Source: Eledone cirrhosa
Lineage: Eukaryota
Assembly: GCA_964016885.1 (NCBI GenBank)
Contig: OZ024756.1
Location: 40,486,001-40,550,000, forward strand
Length of the DNA: 64,000 nt
Direction: 5' to 3'
Shown: one piece after another, positions 1 through 14,972 of the stretch
Numbering within the stretch: the stretch's first letter is position 1
Layout: each line of letters opens with the position of its first letter
The notes under the pieces: model-generated
The model's input: only the letters and a program-made list of their open reading frames with translations
What the model was told of the DNA's origin: nothing
Databases searched by the model: none
Made by a program: the position numbers and the translations under genes

Positions 1-106
1 TACTTCCTGTTCTCAGAGTAAAAAAGTTTGGAATGGGATAAAACCTGTAGCCTACAATAAATTCATTCATATTTTCTCAAATATTTTATTGTTTTTATTT
101 TCTCTA

Positions 107-421
107 CACTGTCAGGTCTTGAATAATCGTCCCCACCCACACCCATCACTTATTAGTTTTTCAGATTTTTTTCCAACTTATTACATTTTGCTTCTATGTC
201 CGGTGAAATTTTATTGTAAGTGATTCATATCGATACAGCAGCTGGAGATTTTAAGAATTTTATTTTACATTAAAAAATATTATATATGACAAAAAAAGAA
301 CATTACAAGAAATCCCATATTTATGAGCGTACACTATACAATTACTGCCCCCCCCCCCCCCCGCGCTTATACGAACTTAAACAAATGTCTACCCTCTCCT
401 ATTATTTGTGACATGTGAGTA
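107..421. mobile_element. MITE (non-autonomous DNA transposon) with imperfect terminal inverted repeats and internal poly-C; sister copy at 28678-28991
   Basis: Ends CACTGTCAGGTCTTGAATAAT ... ATTATTTGTGACATGTGAGTA are imperfectly inverted; the internal sequence (ttgtaagtgattcatatcgatacagcagctggaga...) is nearly identical to 28678-28991. Confidence 0.7.
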
Positions 422-1230
422 TGTAGTTGTAGGTCACGATAGGGACATATGGTGTTTGTTGGACACTTTAAACAGATTGTTCTACTTCATATTGTTGGAC
501 ATTTTAAACATGGCAGAACCCATATCTCCCTTGGTTGGAGTCCACTTCTAAGCGAGAAACTACAGAATAAGTATATAAATAAACCTCTGTATATTATGTT
601 AGTTAACATGGAAATTGGATGACTGGCAGGGCCTCGTGTTCTGTGATCTGATGATCACTAAGAAAGTTGAGAGTGGATGAAGGGCTTTGATGGCTGTACA
701 GAGTATATGGAGTACAGTGTAATTAAGGTGAGAGGTGGCAATAAATTTAGTATGTAGGTAAGTGGCCTTCAACCCCCTTCTCATATATATAGTCCTCTGA
801 GCCATAACAGAGAGGGTTCGAATGCAGTGTTCACTATGGTGCTTGTTGTTGTTCATGTTGATGGTTGCTAGAGTATCAGGTCGACCTGATTGAATAGACC
901 AATGATCAAAGACATTCCAGCCGTGACCATTCTATTCAAGACAACCCAATATGGGGTTGTTTGATGGTGATTTGACTGCTATTTTCAGTAAATCGAGAGG
1001 TCGTGTCTTGTCTCCTTTTAGGCCTGTTACGGTTGTTGGTGTTGCTGTTACTATTGTCGTTGTTGTTCTGTTGTATCACATATTAGCTGCTATTTCTAAG
1101 TTAAGTGAACACATAGGAGCTCCTTCGTTAGTCCCTAGTAGTAATAAGCACGTGTATCTCAGTGATTAAGCGTGTACAGTTCAGTGTGCGGTAGTGAAAG
1201 GAAGGGTGGGAAAATATTGAAGATCGATCT

Positions 1231-1370
1231 CTGATTGGTTGTATCGATCTCTCTTCTGATTGGTTGTATCGATTGCTGTTCTGAAGTTGTTTACATCACA
1301 AATGCACGTGCACGTACCGGAAGTGTGGGATGCTGGGTAGTGTGACGTCACCACATCCCATCATGGCGGA
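1231..1370 (+). promoter_or_regulatory. Probable ANKS6 proximal promoter (TATA-less, housekeeping type)
   Basis: Dense CpG-containing motif cluster: two inverted CCAAT boxes (ATTGG 1234, 1259), E-box CACGTG 1305, ETS CCGGAAGT 1317, CRE TGACGTCA 1343, YY1-like ATGGCGG 1363. A candidate 5'UTR donor GT lies at 1680 and an acceptor AG at 1911. Confidence 0.6.
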
Positions 1371-2149
1371 CACCTGCAGGAAGAAAAAAGTTTCGAAAAG
1401 TTTTTGTAAAAGTTTCCATCGATCAATTAATGGAATATTCTCCCTGTTTTATGTATGAAATATCCGTAATATCGCTATGTTTATCGTTAAGAAATACTCC
1501 ATTTAAAAAGGACTCCTCTACACAAAGACATTTCTATTATTGGGACATAACGACGATGAGCGGATAAAAATAAATTATTTACTTTTAAGAGAAAAAAAAA
1601 AGTCTCTGGAATTTCTTTGGGAAACTTTTTAATAAATTCAAATATTAAACGCGTATCGGAGGACTCAATACCTGCCTCGGTAATTTATATAACATTTGTT
1701 TATAGAACAATATAACAACAGATGTTATAGTTGTTTGTTATAGATAATATATAACTGTCAGTGAGAAGGGTGTTATCTCTTGACCAACAAACTGATGTAG
1801 TTTTAATATTTTGCTTTGTTAAATCGTGAAAAATTCTAAATTGAGTTGATAATTGGCGGAGTTTGAACTTAGAAAGACTTTGATCGTCTGTTTGTTTTGA
1901 TTATTATTACAGATGTAAATATTTCTAAAGTGTCTTTAATTAAATTTAGTTAATTATCGTCTGCAACAAGTCTACCACAGCACTGGTGTTGGTGTGTGAT
2001 TAATTTAGTTTAATTACAGATATATTTTGGTGGGGGAAAAAATAAGGAAAGAAAGGTTTTATTATACTTTCTTTTACTTTACTTTTTTTTTTATCAATTG
2101 GAAAAGGCGGAATGTCTGATGGAAGGGTGATGGGTTGTAATGGTGGACC

Positions 2150-5100
2150 ATGGATAGATTCCGCCAACTTCTGAGTGCTTGTGAACATGGAGAGGTTCAC
2201 GTTATTCTCAACCTGTTGGATCAAGGATTCGTACAGGTTGATGATGTGGACGACGATGAAATTACTGCCTTACAAATGGCAGCTGCAAATGGACAAGAAC
2301 AAGTGGTTCGACTTCTGTTGATGCGAGGGGCTGCTTTAGATAAACCCAACATGGCCGGTTGGACGCCTCTGATGCAAGCATGTCGTCATGGACATACTAA
2401 TGTTGTGGCCTTACTATTACAAAATAAAGCCGACTATAATGCCCTGAATAGACTCGGAGCTTCTGCACTGACGATTGCTGCTCGTGGCGGCCATCTCCAA
2501 GTTGTACGGATGCTTCTAGATGCTGGTGTCGAGCATAACAGATCTGGGAAGGACTGTGAGATAACACCATTAATGTCTGCTGCCCAAAACGGTCATGATT
2601 CTGTTCTGAGACTTCTGCTGGACAGAGGATATGAGGTCAACTATCAGACACCGTCAAATGGCCTTACGGTGTTAATGGCAGCTGCTCAGAATGGACATAT
2701 GACCACTGCTCAGGTGCTCATTGAAAGAGGCTGTGATCCTAATTTGACCGACATCAATGAACGAACCGCTCTGGAAATGGCAAAAATTCGTGAAAAACGA
2801 GAAGTCCATGGCTACTTAGACCGGAAAACCAAAAATAAACCGAAAATTTGTAAGTTATTTAAATTTTGACATTATCAAACACACACATACAATACAACCT
2901 AGCTTTTTAAAAGAATCATTTTCATGTTGTTTAGTTGTAGCTTAGGCTAGTTGTTCTACAAGTTTTGGCCCTTTGTGTTCCTTAAGCAATGTCCACCCTG
3001 CTTTGATTATCCAGAGCAGACGTCCAGTGGGAAGTTAGGACTAATCATATATTTGCTATTCATGTAGCCTCTTATCTCTACCTCAGAAATTACAGTGAAA
3101 TCAATGCTTTGCTGAGGAGGTCTAACAAGATGGAGACTTGTCTAGATTTGTCTCCCCTTCTGGCCAAAATAATAAAAATAATATTAGTTATTGAGCCGTC
3201 TGTTTGTCATCACCAACTTCTTTTGAATTAGATTTGTTATGTCTCTTCCATTAAATATGTCAACACTAACTATTACTCCCTACATGTTCTATTACTCAGG
3301 GTTGACCTGGAAAGGGTCATATTGTATTCTGACATTGACATAATTGTTAAAACATTGGGCATACACAATGAAATAAAGTACCAGTCATGTAGTAGGAAAA
3401 TAGAATGCAGAGGGTGACAACCCTGGTGGAGCCTTATTTGAGCTGGTGGTAGGGGTATCCAACCAAAGAACCACACACTGTTCTCCATTATCTACAGTTA
3501 CTGAGCACAACACCCACTTAGATTTCTCAAGTGCTCATCCAAAATCTGTCCCCAGTTTTCTGTCAAGATCAAGAGGCTGAGAAATTTACTAACTTCAAAT
3601 TGAAGTCTTATCTTCAGACAAAACATATGTGGCTGGTTTTAAATTCGAAGTGTGGATATTTTCTGCTGTCCAATCTGTTTGGCCAGGTATTTGGTCTAAA
3701 GGTAACTTCCTACTTTCCTCCCACAAGTTTCAGCAGCCCAGAAAAGGGACAAAGACACTACTCCTTCCCTCCCATCAGTCTCAAAGACCTTGAAAAAGAG
3801 ACATGAATGTTCTGAAGATGTCACTAAAAATAAAAACTATTAATCTTTTCTTTTGCAGCTCCAGAAGAGGTGAAACCGGACATCATAAATGCTTCTAAAC
3901 AAGGTTTGTCTTTATTTTGTATCTTTCAGGAGCACTGAGGGGTTGTACTGATGTAACATAAATGATCATATATATATATATATATATAGGCAGAATTATT
4001 ACAGCATGGAATAAAATGCTTTAAACATACAGTCCTTTAAGTTCTGCGTTTAAATCCAGTTGTGGTTAACTTTGCCTTTTATTCCTACAGGATTGATAAA
4101 AGAAAGTACCAGTAATGCACTGGGGTCAATTTAGTCGACTTTCCTCCCCAAAAAATTGTTGGCCTTGTGCCTAAATCAGAAACTATTATTATTAAAGGAT
4201 TTGAGTTTATAGTTTTGTTTTGTTTGTTTCAGGTGATCTTGAAAGGATATCTCAGATTCTGAAAGAAGACAAGATACAAGTTGATGCTTGTTCACCACAA
4301 GATGGAGCCACTCCTCTTATGTTTGCTGCGATGATGGGACGGTTAGATATTGTTCGGCAGTTAGTGGAGAACGGTTGTGATACCAACAAACAAGATACCA
4401 TCAGTGGTTGGACAGCATTGATGCAAGCAACTTACCATGGGTACTGATTTCTTTCATATGCTGTTGTTGTGTGTCTGGTCATCTCTAACTGACCAGTCCT
4501 ATAGTGCTGGTGTGGTAATGAAGGTCACCTTATAACCAACTGGTTTGGCGTTTGCGTCAACTGTTTAACACATTGGGCAAGTGTCTTCTACTGATGTGAC
4601 CCACACATACAGATGGTCAGTTAGACACGATGTGACCCATGTAAAGATGGTTGACCAGACAACCAGATGTTCAATCATCAACCAGATGTGACCCACAGCA
4701 GGCTTTCTGCCTTAATTTTAACAACACCTCTATGTGGTCAGTAGATCTGCTAGAAATAGTCACAAGATATAAAGATGATGGCATTGAAATCCAGTTCATC
4801 ATCATCAACTTTAATAATCTTCCTGTGTTTCTTTCTTTTCAGACAAAAATCTGTGGCGATGTTCCTCATCAACGATGCTAAAACTGAAGTAACTGTACAA
4901 GCCAAGAATGGTTGTACAGCATTTGACATGGCTTCTCTACTTGGTGAGTGGAATTATTCCTTCTCCTTAACTCTTTCATTACCATATTTCTAATGAAAGA
5001 CACTATGTCATTAACCCTTTCATTACCATATTTCTAATGAAAGACACTGTCTATGTCATTAACCCTTTCATTACCATATTTCTAATGAAAGACACTGTCT

Positions 5101-8100
5101 ATGTCATTAACCCTTTCATTACCATATTTCTAATGAAAGACACTGTCTATGTCATTAACCCTTTCATTACCATATTTCTAATGAAAGACACTGTCTATGT
5201 CATTAACCCTTTCATTACCATATTTCTAATGAAAGACACTGTCTATGTCATTAACCCTTTCATTACCATATTTCTAATGAAAGACACTATGTCATTAACC
5301 TTGGTGGATTGGTAGTATTGGTAGAGCATCAGACAACATGTTTTATGGCATTGTGTTACAGCTCTTTATGTTCTGAGTTCAAATCCTACCAAGGTTAGCT
5401 TTGCTTTTCATCCTTACGAGGTCAATAAAACAAAACACCAGTAATGCACTGGGGTAAATTTAATCGAATTTCCCCATCCCCATAAAATGTTGGCCTTGTG
5501 CTTAAATCAGAAACTATTATTATTATAGATGATGTTGATACAGAATTGCTGCGCCTACTTGCCGAGAAGACAATGAAAATATCGAATCAACGGCAGGGGA
5601 AAAACAAGGCATCATGGGTAAAACAAAATGGTACAGTTCAAGATTTCAGGTAAGACATCAAATATTTTCTGTTTCATCTCACGGGAAATTGGAAAGGTCT
5701 GGAAATTCACACATTTACAGAGGCTGGAATAGGTCTAGTAAATCACATATTTACAGAGGCTGGAATAGGTCTAGTAAATCACATATTTACAGGGGATGGA
5801 ATAGGTCTAGTAAATCACATATTTACAGAGGCTGGAATAGGTCTAGTAAATCACATATTTACAGAGGCTGGAATAGGTCTAGTAAATCACATATTTACAG
5901 AGGCTGGAATAGGTCTAGTAAATCACATATTTACAGAGGCTGGAATAGGTCTAGTAAATCACATATTTACAGGGGCTGGAATAGGTCTAGTAAATCACAT
6001 ATTTACAGAGGCTGGAATAGGTCTAGTAAATCACATATTTACAGGGGATGGAATAGGTCTAGTAAATCACATATTTACAGAGGCTGGAATAGGTCTAGTA
6101 AATCACATATTTACAGAGGCTGGAATAGGTCTAGTAAATCACATATTTACAGGGGATGGAATAGGTCTAGTAAATCACATATTTACAGAGGCTGGAATAG
6201 GTCTAGTAAATAACATATTTACAGAGGCTGGAATAGGTCTAGTAAATCACATATTTACAGAGGCTGGAATAGGTCTAGTAAATCACATATTTACAGAGGC
6301 TGGAATAGGTCTAGTAAATCACATATTTACAGAGGCTGGAATAGGTCTAGTAAATCACATATTTACAGAGGCTGGAATAGGTCTAGTAAATCACATATTT
6401 ACAGGGGATGGAATGCTCAACGCAAATCACAAATTTACAGGAGCTCTGATAGTTCTAGAAATTTTGAGAGACTACTGGTCTTCTACAAAAACACCTTGGC
6501 CGCATTTGAGCCTCAAAGAGGAACTTTATAGGTGTAGACCCCTAGTCATTGATGACCAAAGGTAGCCTACGTTATGTGTGTGTATCTGTATTGACCAAAG
6601 GTAGCCTATGTTATGTGTGTGTGTGTGTGTGTCTATTGACAGAAGGTAGCCTATATTATGTATGTGTATGTGTTTATTATCCTCTAGTCTTTCTCCCTTC
6701 CTCCTCACTACATTCTTCATGGGATATTGTTAAATATTTAAAACTATATTTATTTTTGTTTATTTCAGTGAAGACCATTCGCGAAATGGTTTAAGAGTAA
6801 GTTCCATCATATTTTGTCTTCAATTTACTGATTCTTCAAAATATTCCTACATGTTGTAAGGGGCAACTAAAAGGATTGGTTCTTGAAAGGACATCCAACC
6901 CATGCCACCTTGGAAAAGTGGACATCAAAAACAATGATGATATATATATGGTGTATATATAATATATATATAGTGTATACATAACATCATAGAATTATGT
7001 AGATTGTGTATATATGGCATCACATATATGTATCTTGTATATATATATATTATATAGTGTATATTTAACATCATATATGGTGTATATGTAGTATATGAAC
7101 TTGTGACCACACTTGAACCAAACTTTATTGGTTTTTGCCTTTCCCTTGGACAATATCAGTGGAGAGGGAAGACTAGCATGTCTATGGCTGACTGCTTCTA
7201 CCACGAAGGGGAACATTCGAGGTGTAAAACCCTTGGTCATTCATGATCGACGGAGGCCTATCGTATGTGTATATGTATGTATGACCAATAAATAATTTTT
7301 TACCTTGATATAGATAATTGTAGGTGTTATAAAGTTTAAACTTGTCTTTTGTTGTTAATGAGTTCCAGTTATCTTGATAAATGTCAACATTCTTTAAAAT
7401 GGTTGCCTCTTCTAAAGTCTTGTTTCCTTCTACCAAATCTACAGGCCTGGTGGAGTCGTATGTCGAACCGGTTCCGTAACCTGAAACTCGGTCGCACCTA
7501 CAGCACACCAACTTACTTTTCTACTGTACCTTTTCAACCTGATACAGATGTAAGTAATCTAAGTTCTGTTACATCATCATCATCACTAACCAATACCAGC
7601 ACCGTCATCATCATCATCACTGTTATTACCATCATCGTCATCACTAACCACTATCATCGTCATTACTGCAACCATCATCACTGCTATCACCACCACCATC
7701 TCACAGCCATCACCGCCACCATCATCACCACCATCATCACCACCATCACCACCGCCATCATCACCACCATCATCACCACCATCATCAGAGATTAGATAGA
7801 ACCTCTGCAGTACAACACCCTCCTCCTATTTCTGTACTTGGCCATCGACTTTGTGTGGTTCATTATCATAAGACCAGTTTTCACCAGCATTCTTCATTTT
7901 CCACTTTACAGAGTGTACTGGGTGTATTCTAAGATGGTAGCAACACTAGAGAGGTTGTTATATGTCTCTAGTATTTACTAAACTCTTCTCTCTGCCCAAT
8001 GTTGTTAATATAAGTGGCACTAGTTTTATTAGTCTTCATTGTAGACACTTCTCTCTCACACATAATGTGGCAGCACGTGGCCTAGTGGTAAAGGTGTTCA

Positions 8101-11100
8101 ACTTACGATTGTAATCTACTCTCTCTCTCTCTCTCTCTCTCTTCCAGTCTGTCATGGTAGACCAACATGTCTCCGCTACATCTGCTCTACAAACTCAACA
8201 AATGGTTGAGTTCAACAGCTACGAGATGATTCTTCAGGAAACTAAACGAAGTGCGACAATGTGTACTCAGGTGAGCTTGTAAACTTTGTACCAGTAATGC
8301 ACTGGGGGAATGGATGGTGGAAACTGTTATAACTCTCTATAAGATATTAGCTGTACCAGTTATATCATTGGGTAAATGTTATCTCTCTCTCTGTAGGATA
8401 TGAGTGCTCCACATTCCAACTCTTGTGACACCCTGAAACCTGTCATTCCACCATTCCTGCCCCCACCAACATTTGGTCTGGACACTACTGACCACGCTTC
8501 ACGTAAACTGGGCAGTGGACGTAGGACAGCACCAGTGTCTCCAGTCCTCATGAATTCACCAGTAGTAAGTAGCTGCACCTCTTTTACACCTTGTTATTGT
8601 AATTTTCTTAATGTTTTGTTTGGGATGTGATTACCTGATTAATTTGGAGAAAAAATAGATTGATAAAATATGTAGAATGCTTGAAAATGTACTGGGGTTC
8701 ATAATAGTGACTAAAATCCCTTTAATGTGATGGTCCTCTGTCATGGCCACATTCCAGGGTTCATAACAGTGACTAGAGTCCCTTTAATGTGGTAACCCCT
8801 GTCATGGCCATATTCTAGGGTTCATAACAGTGACTAGAATCCCTTTAATGTAGTGGCCCCCTGTCATGGCCATATTCTAGGGTTCATAACAGTGACTAGA
8901 ATCCCTTTAATGTAGTGGCCCCTGTTATGGCCTCATTCCAATGACTGAAATCAATAAAAAAGCAACTGAGGTCTATTTTCTTTTTGATTTATTTTTTCAG
9001 AGGTCTGGTCGGTGTGTTGCGTGTCCTTCCAAATTACTCCACAATCGTTCTACAGGTAACCTAAACATGCATCATCAAGTGAACCCCTCAACACCTGTCA
9101 TGACTCCGGCTCCTTGTTATTTCCCTTCAAGCCCTTCTCTCGGAACCACTGGTTCATCTACAGCTACAATCATTCCCGGTTACAAAAAACATTTGCCATA
9201 CCAGTTTACCAACAATACTAATGTGATGACATCTGCAACATCTGGACCAACATCTGCTACTGCCTACTCCAGAGTAGCAATGTCTAATCGTATAGCTGCT
9301 GGAGAATATAGTCCTCTTAGTCTCTGTACAGAACAAGGATCTGTTAGGACCCCTACATCTGTTACTACAGGTGTTGCTGTTCCTAGCTCAGGTGAGGAAC
9401 ATATCTTACTAATATTGGTTTGTTTTATTGTTGTTTTTCTCAATAGATGGTGAAGGTCCATGACTTAGTGATTCGAGTGTTGGCATAACGACTGTAAGGT
9501 GAGTTTGATTCCCAGAGCAGGTAGCACATCGTGTCCTTGAACAAAACACTTTATTTCAGTATACTCAGCTAAAAAAAATGAGTTGCAACAACGCTAGTAC
9601 CAAGCTGTATTAGTCTTTGCTTTTCCCTTAGACAACATAATATATATAGTGTGTGTGTGTATATATATATATATAGTGTGTGTGTGTATATATATATATG
9701 TGTGTGTGTGAAGGTGCGGGGCTTAGTGATTAAAGTATTGGACTTGCAATCGGGAGTTTGTGAGTTCGATCCTCGGACCAGGTGATGCATTGTGTCCTTA
9801 TGTTAGAAGAGTTTTGAGAAGGAACTCTTTTAAAATAGTTGGGTTTGGGCCAGGTTGGTATCAAAAGGGTTAAGAAGGATTATGACATCTTGGTATATTT
9901 TTGTTTTCTAGACTACCATCCAACTGATGTAAACCTTGCCTGGGCTAAATGTAGTCCTAATCATCCAAGTTATTCACCTGCTCACCGTTTGTACAGGTAA
10001 TTATTTTTTTAAATTAGAAAAAAATTTAACAGTTACATATCCCTATTGTTCGAAGATACTGTCTAGCTTCTGTCTGAAGTGATAGAATTGTTAGAATGTC
10101 ACATAGAATGCTTTGTGGTATTTATAAAATAAAATACCAGTCAAATACTGGGGTTGGTTCAATAAACTTTTCCTCTCTCCCAAATTTGCTGCCATTGTGC
10201 CTAAATTAGAAACCAATACTCTTCCTCTACTTTCTTGCAGCTAATTTCTATTCTAAATGTTTTTTTTTTTATAAACAGTAGTAAACTTTCTATGGGTTTG
10301 TCGGCATTTCGTAATGCCTCAAATACTACCTCACCAGATAGTTCTACCAGTGGAAGTTCCTCAATGACACCACAACTCTCATCTCATGGACACAGTACTT
10401 CTACCTTAACTCCTTCAGCTTCTCCAACACCTGGAAAGGTAGGTCAAACCTTCACCTAATCTGCTTTTAGGCATCATCATCATCATCTTTATCCTCATCA
10501 TCATCATCATCATCACAGTCATTATCATCTTTATCCTCCACTTTCTCAGGTGGTTACAAGAAATATTTTCCAGTATTTCAGAAGAGAGATAGGATCAGTT
10601 AGGCTGTGTGACTTGCCATTGACTTTAGGAGAGCCTTAACCCTTTAGCATTCACATTACTCTATATATACTATTATATTTTCATGGTAAAGGCTTTACCT
10701 CACATAATTATCTCACATAATATCGAATATATGAGATTTTGAAAGTATTTATTTTGAGAACAATACCTTAACATCAGTTTAAGCGACCAATTACAGCCAG
10801 TTTCAACAGAAAGAGGTAGAGAATTCTGGCCGGTTTTGGCCGGTTTGAACATTTAAGGGTTAAAAACACATCTGTATATTTATTTCAACAGTTCAGCAAC
10901 ATATATATTTATATATATATACGCACACACACACAAAGATATACAAACACACAATATATTTTTATGGTTGATTATATTATATCTTATATTTGTGAACTGA
11001 GGAGGTTTATTTCTGGAGAGGGCAGTGATGGGGTTTACAATGATACAAGTACTCTGTGTCTATGAAATGAAGGCCCCCGATTATATTGTGTATTATATCC

Positions 11101-13050
11101 TATATTTATAGACCGAGGAAGAGGTTTACTGTGAAGACAAGAAAAACATAGGATCTGAAGGTGAGCAATGGTTTTATTATTTCACCCTTTCCATATCAAA
11201 CTGCCGGAAAGTTCCCAGCATTTGTCATTTAAAAAATCTGTTAATTTTAAAGTGTTTATATCTCTCTAAAAACCTTCCATCATAATCTTATATAAGAACC
11301 TTTAAGTTATGTTCCAAACACCCCTGGTCCTATGATACAAAACTGTTAATTTTAAAGTGTTTATATTTATCTACAACAATACCATCTGACCACTGTCTCC
11401 AATATATCACTGGTTTCATAACAATACGTTTTGACCACTTACCCCAGTGTATCACTGGTATTATAACAATCCACTTGACCACTTCCCTCAATATATCACT
11501 GGTACTATAACAATACCACCTGACCACTTCCCTCAATATATCACTGGTACTATAACAATAACACCTGACCACTTCCCTCAATATATCACTGGTACTATAA
11601 CAATACCACCTGACCACTTCCCTCAATATATCACTGGTACTATAACAATACCACCTGACCACTTCCCTCAATATATCACTGGTACTATAACAATAACACC
11701 TGACCACTTCCCTCAATATATCACTGGTACTATAACAATACCACCTGACCACTTCCCTCAATATATCACTGGTACTATAACAATAACACCTGACCACTTC
11801 CCTCAATATATCACTGGTACTATAACAATACCACCTGACCACTTCCCTCAATATATCACTGGTACTATAACAATACCACTTGACCACTTCCCTCAATATA
11901 TCACTGGTACTATAACAATACCACCTGACCACTTCCCTCAATATATCACTGGTACTATAACAATACCACCTGACCACTTCCCTCAATATATCACTGGTAC
12001 TATAACAATACCACCTGACCACTTCCCTCAATATATCACTGGTTCTATAACAATACCACCTGACCACTTCCCTCAATATATCACTGGTACTATAACAATA
12101 ACACCTGACCACTTCCCTCAATATATCACTGGTACTATAACAATACCACCTGACCACTTCCCTCAATATATCACTGGTACTATAACAATAACACCTGACC
12201 ACTTCCCTCAATATATCACTGGTTCTATAACAATCCACTTGACCACTTCCCTCAATATATCACTGGTACTATAACAATACCACCTGACCACTTCCCTCAA
12301 TATATCACTGGTACTATAACAATAACACCTGACCACTTCCCTCAATATATCACTGGTACTATAACAATACCACCTGACCACTTCCCTCAATGTATCACTG
12401 GTACTATAACAATACCACTTCCCACAATATATCACTGGTACTATAACAATACCACCTGACCACTTCCCTCAATATATCACTGGTACTATAACAATACCAC
12501 CTGACCACTTCCCTCAATATATCACTGGTACTATAACAATACCACCTGACCACTTCCCTCAATATATCACTGGTACTATAACAATACCACCTGACCACTT
12601 CCCTCAATGTATCACTGGTACTATAACAATACCACCTGACCACTTCCCTCAATATATCACTGGTACTATAACAATACCACCTGACCACTTCCCTCAATGT
12701 ATCACTGGTACTATAACAATACCACCTGACCACTTCCCTCAATGTATCACTGGTACTATAACAATACCACCTGACCACTTCCCCAGTAAACAACTGAGTC
12801 TACAATATTGATAACTCTGTTTCTGTACCAGAACCTAGCTACAGTTGACTCATGCTTCATGTAACGGATGACTAATACATAACAATGTTTCTCTCCTCCT
12901 CCTCCTCTCCATCTCACTGATTATAAAACTGATTTGATGATGATGATGATGAATTAGGTTACACTGGCAAATATATATCAGATTGGCAGAAAACCAACAA
13001 AAGAACATTTTTTATAAATTTATATATCATTATACATACTTTATCCCTGA

Positions 13051-13094
<44 letters not shown>

Positions 13095-14781
13095 TGTGTA
13101 TAATATATATATATATATATATAACTGTGTGTGTATGTGTATATATATACATATGTGTGTGATCATCATCATTACCATTTTATGTCCATTTTTCCACGCT
13201 TGCATAGGTATATATATGCATATTTGTGTGAATTTTTGCACGTGTGTATATATATATATATATATATAATATACACACGTATATATATATACCTATGGGT
13301 TAGTATTTAGACAAAATATTAGGATTAAACTGAAATGGATCTTATCATCATCACCACGCCAACACAGTCTCCTCTCCTGCACACTACTTCTGATTCCACT
13401 TATACCCAATTTCTCTCTCAACTCATCCATGCTTTGTCATTCTCGCACATTAACTCTGCACATCCATCAAAGCATGCTTGCCTCATTTCTCTCCAGCCTC
13501 CACATGTCCTTCGCGTTCACTGTTCATGCCTCACTACCATGCAGCTGTCTTCAATTATTCCTCAGGCATTCTAATTTTGGTTTCTTTCCATCTTCAGATG
13601 AACTTTCTGGAATACTCAAGAAATTATCTTTAGAAAGATACCACCCAATATTTGAAGAACAAGAGGTAGGTATATATATGGTGGTGGTGACAGTAGAAGG
13701 GAGTGACTGTTGTTAATGTTGATAGTTTTATAGAAATATATTATGATGATGATGATATTGTTCTCCGTCGATTTAGGTTGATATGGAAGCTTTCCTGACC
13801 CTTACTGACCGTGACCTCAAGGAACTTGGAATCTCACACAACGAATCTCGAAGACAGATCCTGGCTGCAATTACAGAACTTGAAACAGGAAAAGTAATTC
13901 TATTTTCTTCTCTCTGGTGTTTTCATCACCATCAGCAGCAACAGCAATATCATCTTCACCATTATCATCACCACCACCACCACCATCATTATAATTAGAT
14001 TAATATTTTTTTTGTTTTAATATTGAGTTCTAGCATTAATCAATGACTGGGGCTGTTTTTATTATTTTGGTGGATTGGCAGAGGTCAAATCCCATTGAGT
14101 TCAACTTCATTTAACAGGAAGAGTGTCTTTCATTAGAAATATAGTAACAAAAGGGTTAAATTTGTTTATCAACATTCCACTTAAAAACAATCATCCATGT
14201 GTCCAGTTGAAAAGATCTTTGATATGTCCAGTTGAAGTGAGATCTTTGATGTGTCCAGTTTAAAGAGATGTTTATCTTATATAATTGCAGGGTCGGGAAA
14301 GACAGCAGTTCCGAGAAACATTGACATTGTTTCAGAAAGCACAAAACTTGACTGAAGGTAAGATATTATCTATATTTTGTGGAACAATGTTGGAAGATGT
14401 AACAAAAGAAAGTACAACATTTTTCAGTGAGGAGGTTTAATAATATTGGACTATGTCTGTGGGAAGACTGACTCTTCAGCTGTGTCAGAGACATGAAAAC
14501 TTCCCTAGTGTTGATCTACATGATAAATGCACCCAGTACACTCTGTAAAGAGGTTGGTGATAAGAAGGGCATCAGCTGGGTGCATTTTATAGAGGCATCA
14601 ACACTACCACTTTACAGAGTAGAGTGTATGTCTGTACGTATATATATATATACGTATATATATATATATATGTACGTATATATCTATATATGTGTATCAT
14701 CATCATCACCGTTTTACGTCCGTTCTTCCACACTAGCATGGGTTAGACGGGTTGTCCTGTTGTGGGCAGTGTCTGGTCGGC

Positions 14782-14835
<54 letters not shown>

Positions 14836-14930
14836 TAGTTACCAGTGGATCACCAGTAACTGAGCATTGAATTATATACACATGCATACATACATACATA
14901 TATATATGTATATATATATTTACATCCGTA

Positions 14931-14972
<42 letters not shown>

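Noticed and set aside
5037-6213. ORFs of 92 aa and 199 aa
   Set aside because: 48-bp and 36-bp minisatellite translations within ANKS6 introns.
11330-12793. Long repetitive ORFs (302, 275, 129 aa)
   Set aside because: Translations of a 45-bp minisatellite inside an ANKS6 intron; unit length divisible by 3 leaves frames open on both strands.
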